Source: a virus
Strand: one strand, 5' to 3'
Length of the DNA stretch: 64,000 nucleotides
IMG/VR virus record: IMGVR_UViG_3300037245_001295
Coordinates: 60,741 to 124,740 of that record
Below, piece after piece: positions 63,805-64,000 of the stretch; positions within the stretch are counted from its first letter, which is position 1, and every line of letters starts with the position of its first letter. The notes under the pieces are model-generated. The model was not told the origin of the DNA, did not search any database, and saw only the letters and a list, made by a program, of their open reading frames with translations. The position numbers were made by a program, and so were the translations under genes.

Positions 63805-63832
63805 AGTATACAACATGAGAGCCGAAAGTCAA
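63805..63832 (-). promoter_or_regulatory. sigma70-type phage promoter
   Basis: Reverse complement TTGACT-N16-TATACT. Confidence 0.85.
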
Positions 63833-64000
63833 GGGAAAATTCACCTCGACAGCGCTCGGCGCTAGGCGATAGCCGCTAGCCGCTAGTTACGGCACAAGCG
63901 CTTCAGTCACGTCTTCCACTGACAGTGGCGTAACCGGACCAAACGCTGTAAGCACTACACGCACGGGCAGGTCGGTCAGGTCGCAGAATTGCCCCGCCCC

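Noticed and set aside
1-64000. Stop-codon reassignment, suggested by the release factor gene
   Set aside because: Conserved genes are intact under code 11, TAA/TAG/TGA all end ORFs with tight coupling, and no suppressor tRNA was found

Overview
This 64-kb window is part of a large, moderately GC-rich double-stranded DNA bacteriophage genome. It shows very dense small ORFs with overlapping start/stop codons, no housekeeping operons and no recognisable capsid or tail genes. Nearly all genes from 1 to ~56.2 kb lie on the + strand. A - strand block (~56.7-64 kb) converges on them at a terminator near 56.4 kb. Replication and DNA-metabolism genes: SNF2 helicase, family A DNA polymerase, VRR-NUC nuclease, ATP-dependent DNA ligase, PD-(D/E)XK exonuclease, DEDD exonuclease, ParB, DNA methyltransferase. 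Nucleotide-metabolism genes: dCMP deaminase, MazG-like proteins, and deoC followed by two nucleoside-deoxyribosyltransferase-like genes. Likely RNA-repair and translation-rescue genes: RlaP-like nucleotidyltransferase, phosphoesterase, OB-fold RNA ligase, P-loop kinase and a truncated GGQ release factor, plus three canonical tRNAs and several aberrant tRNA-like RNAs. Also present are a glycosylation module (sugar C-methyltransferase + HMW1C/NGT-type GT41; nearby sulfotransferase and DUF2061), a sigma factor, a radical SAM enzyme and an amidoligase-glutamine amidotransferase-amidoligase cluster. Regulation includes 13 related sigma70-type promoters and two perfect sigma54 consensus sites. The most novel-looking signal is a seven-member paralog family with an FxGGP...G..L..(L/F)xDR motif. 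All calls come from motif reading by eye; no database search was run and the host cannot be determined.
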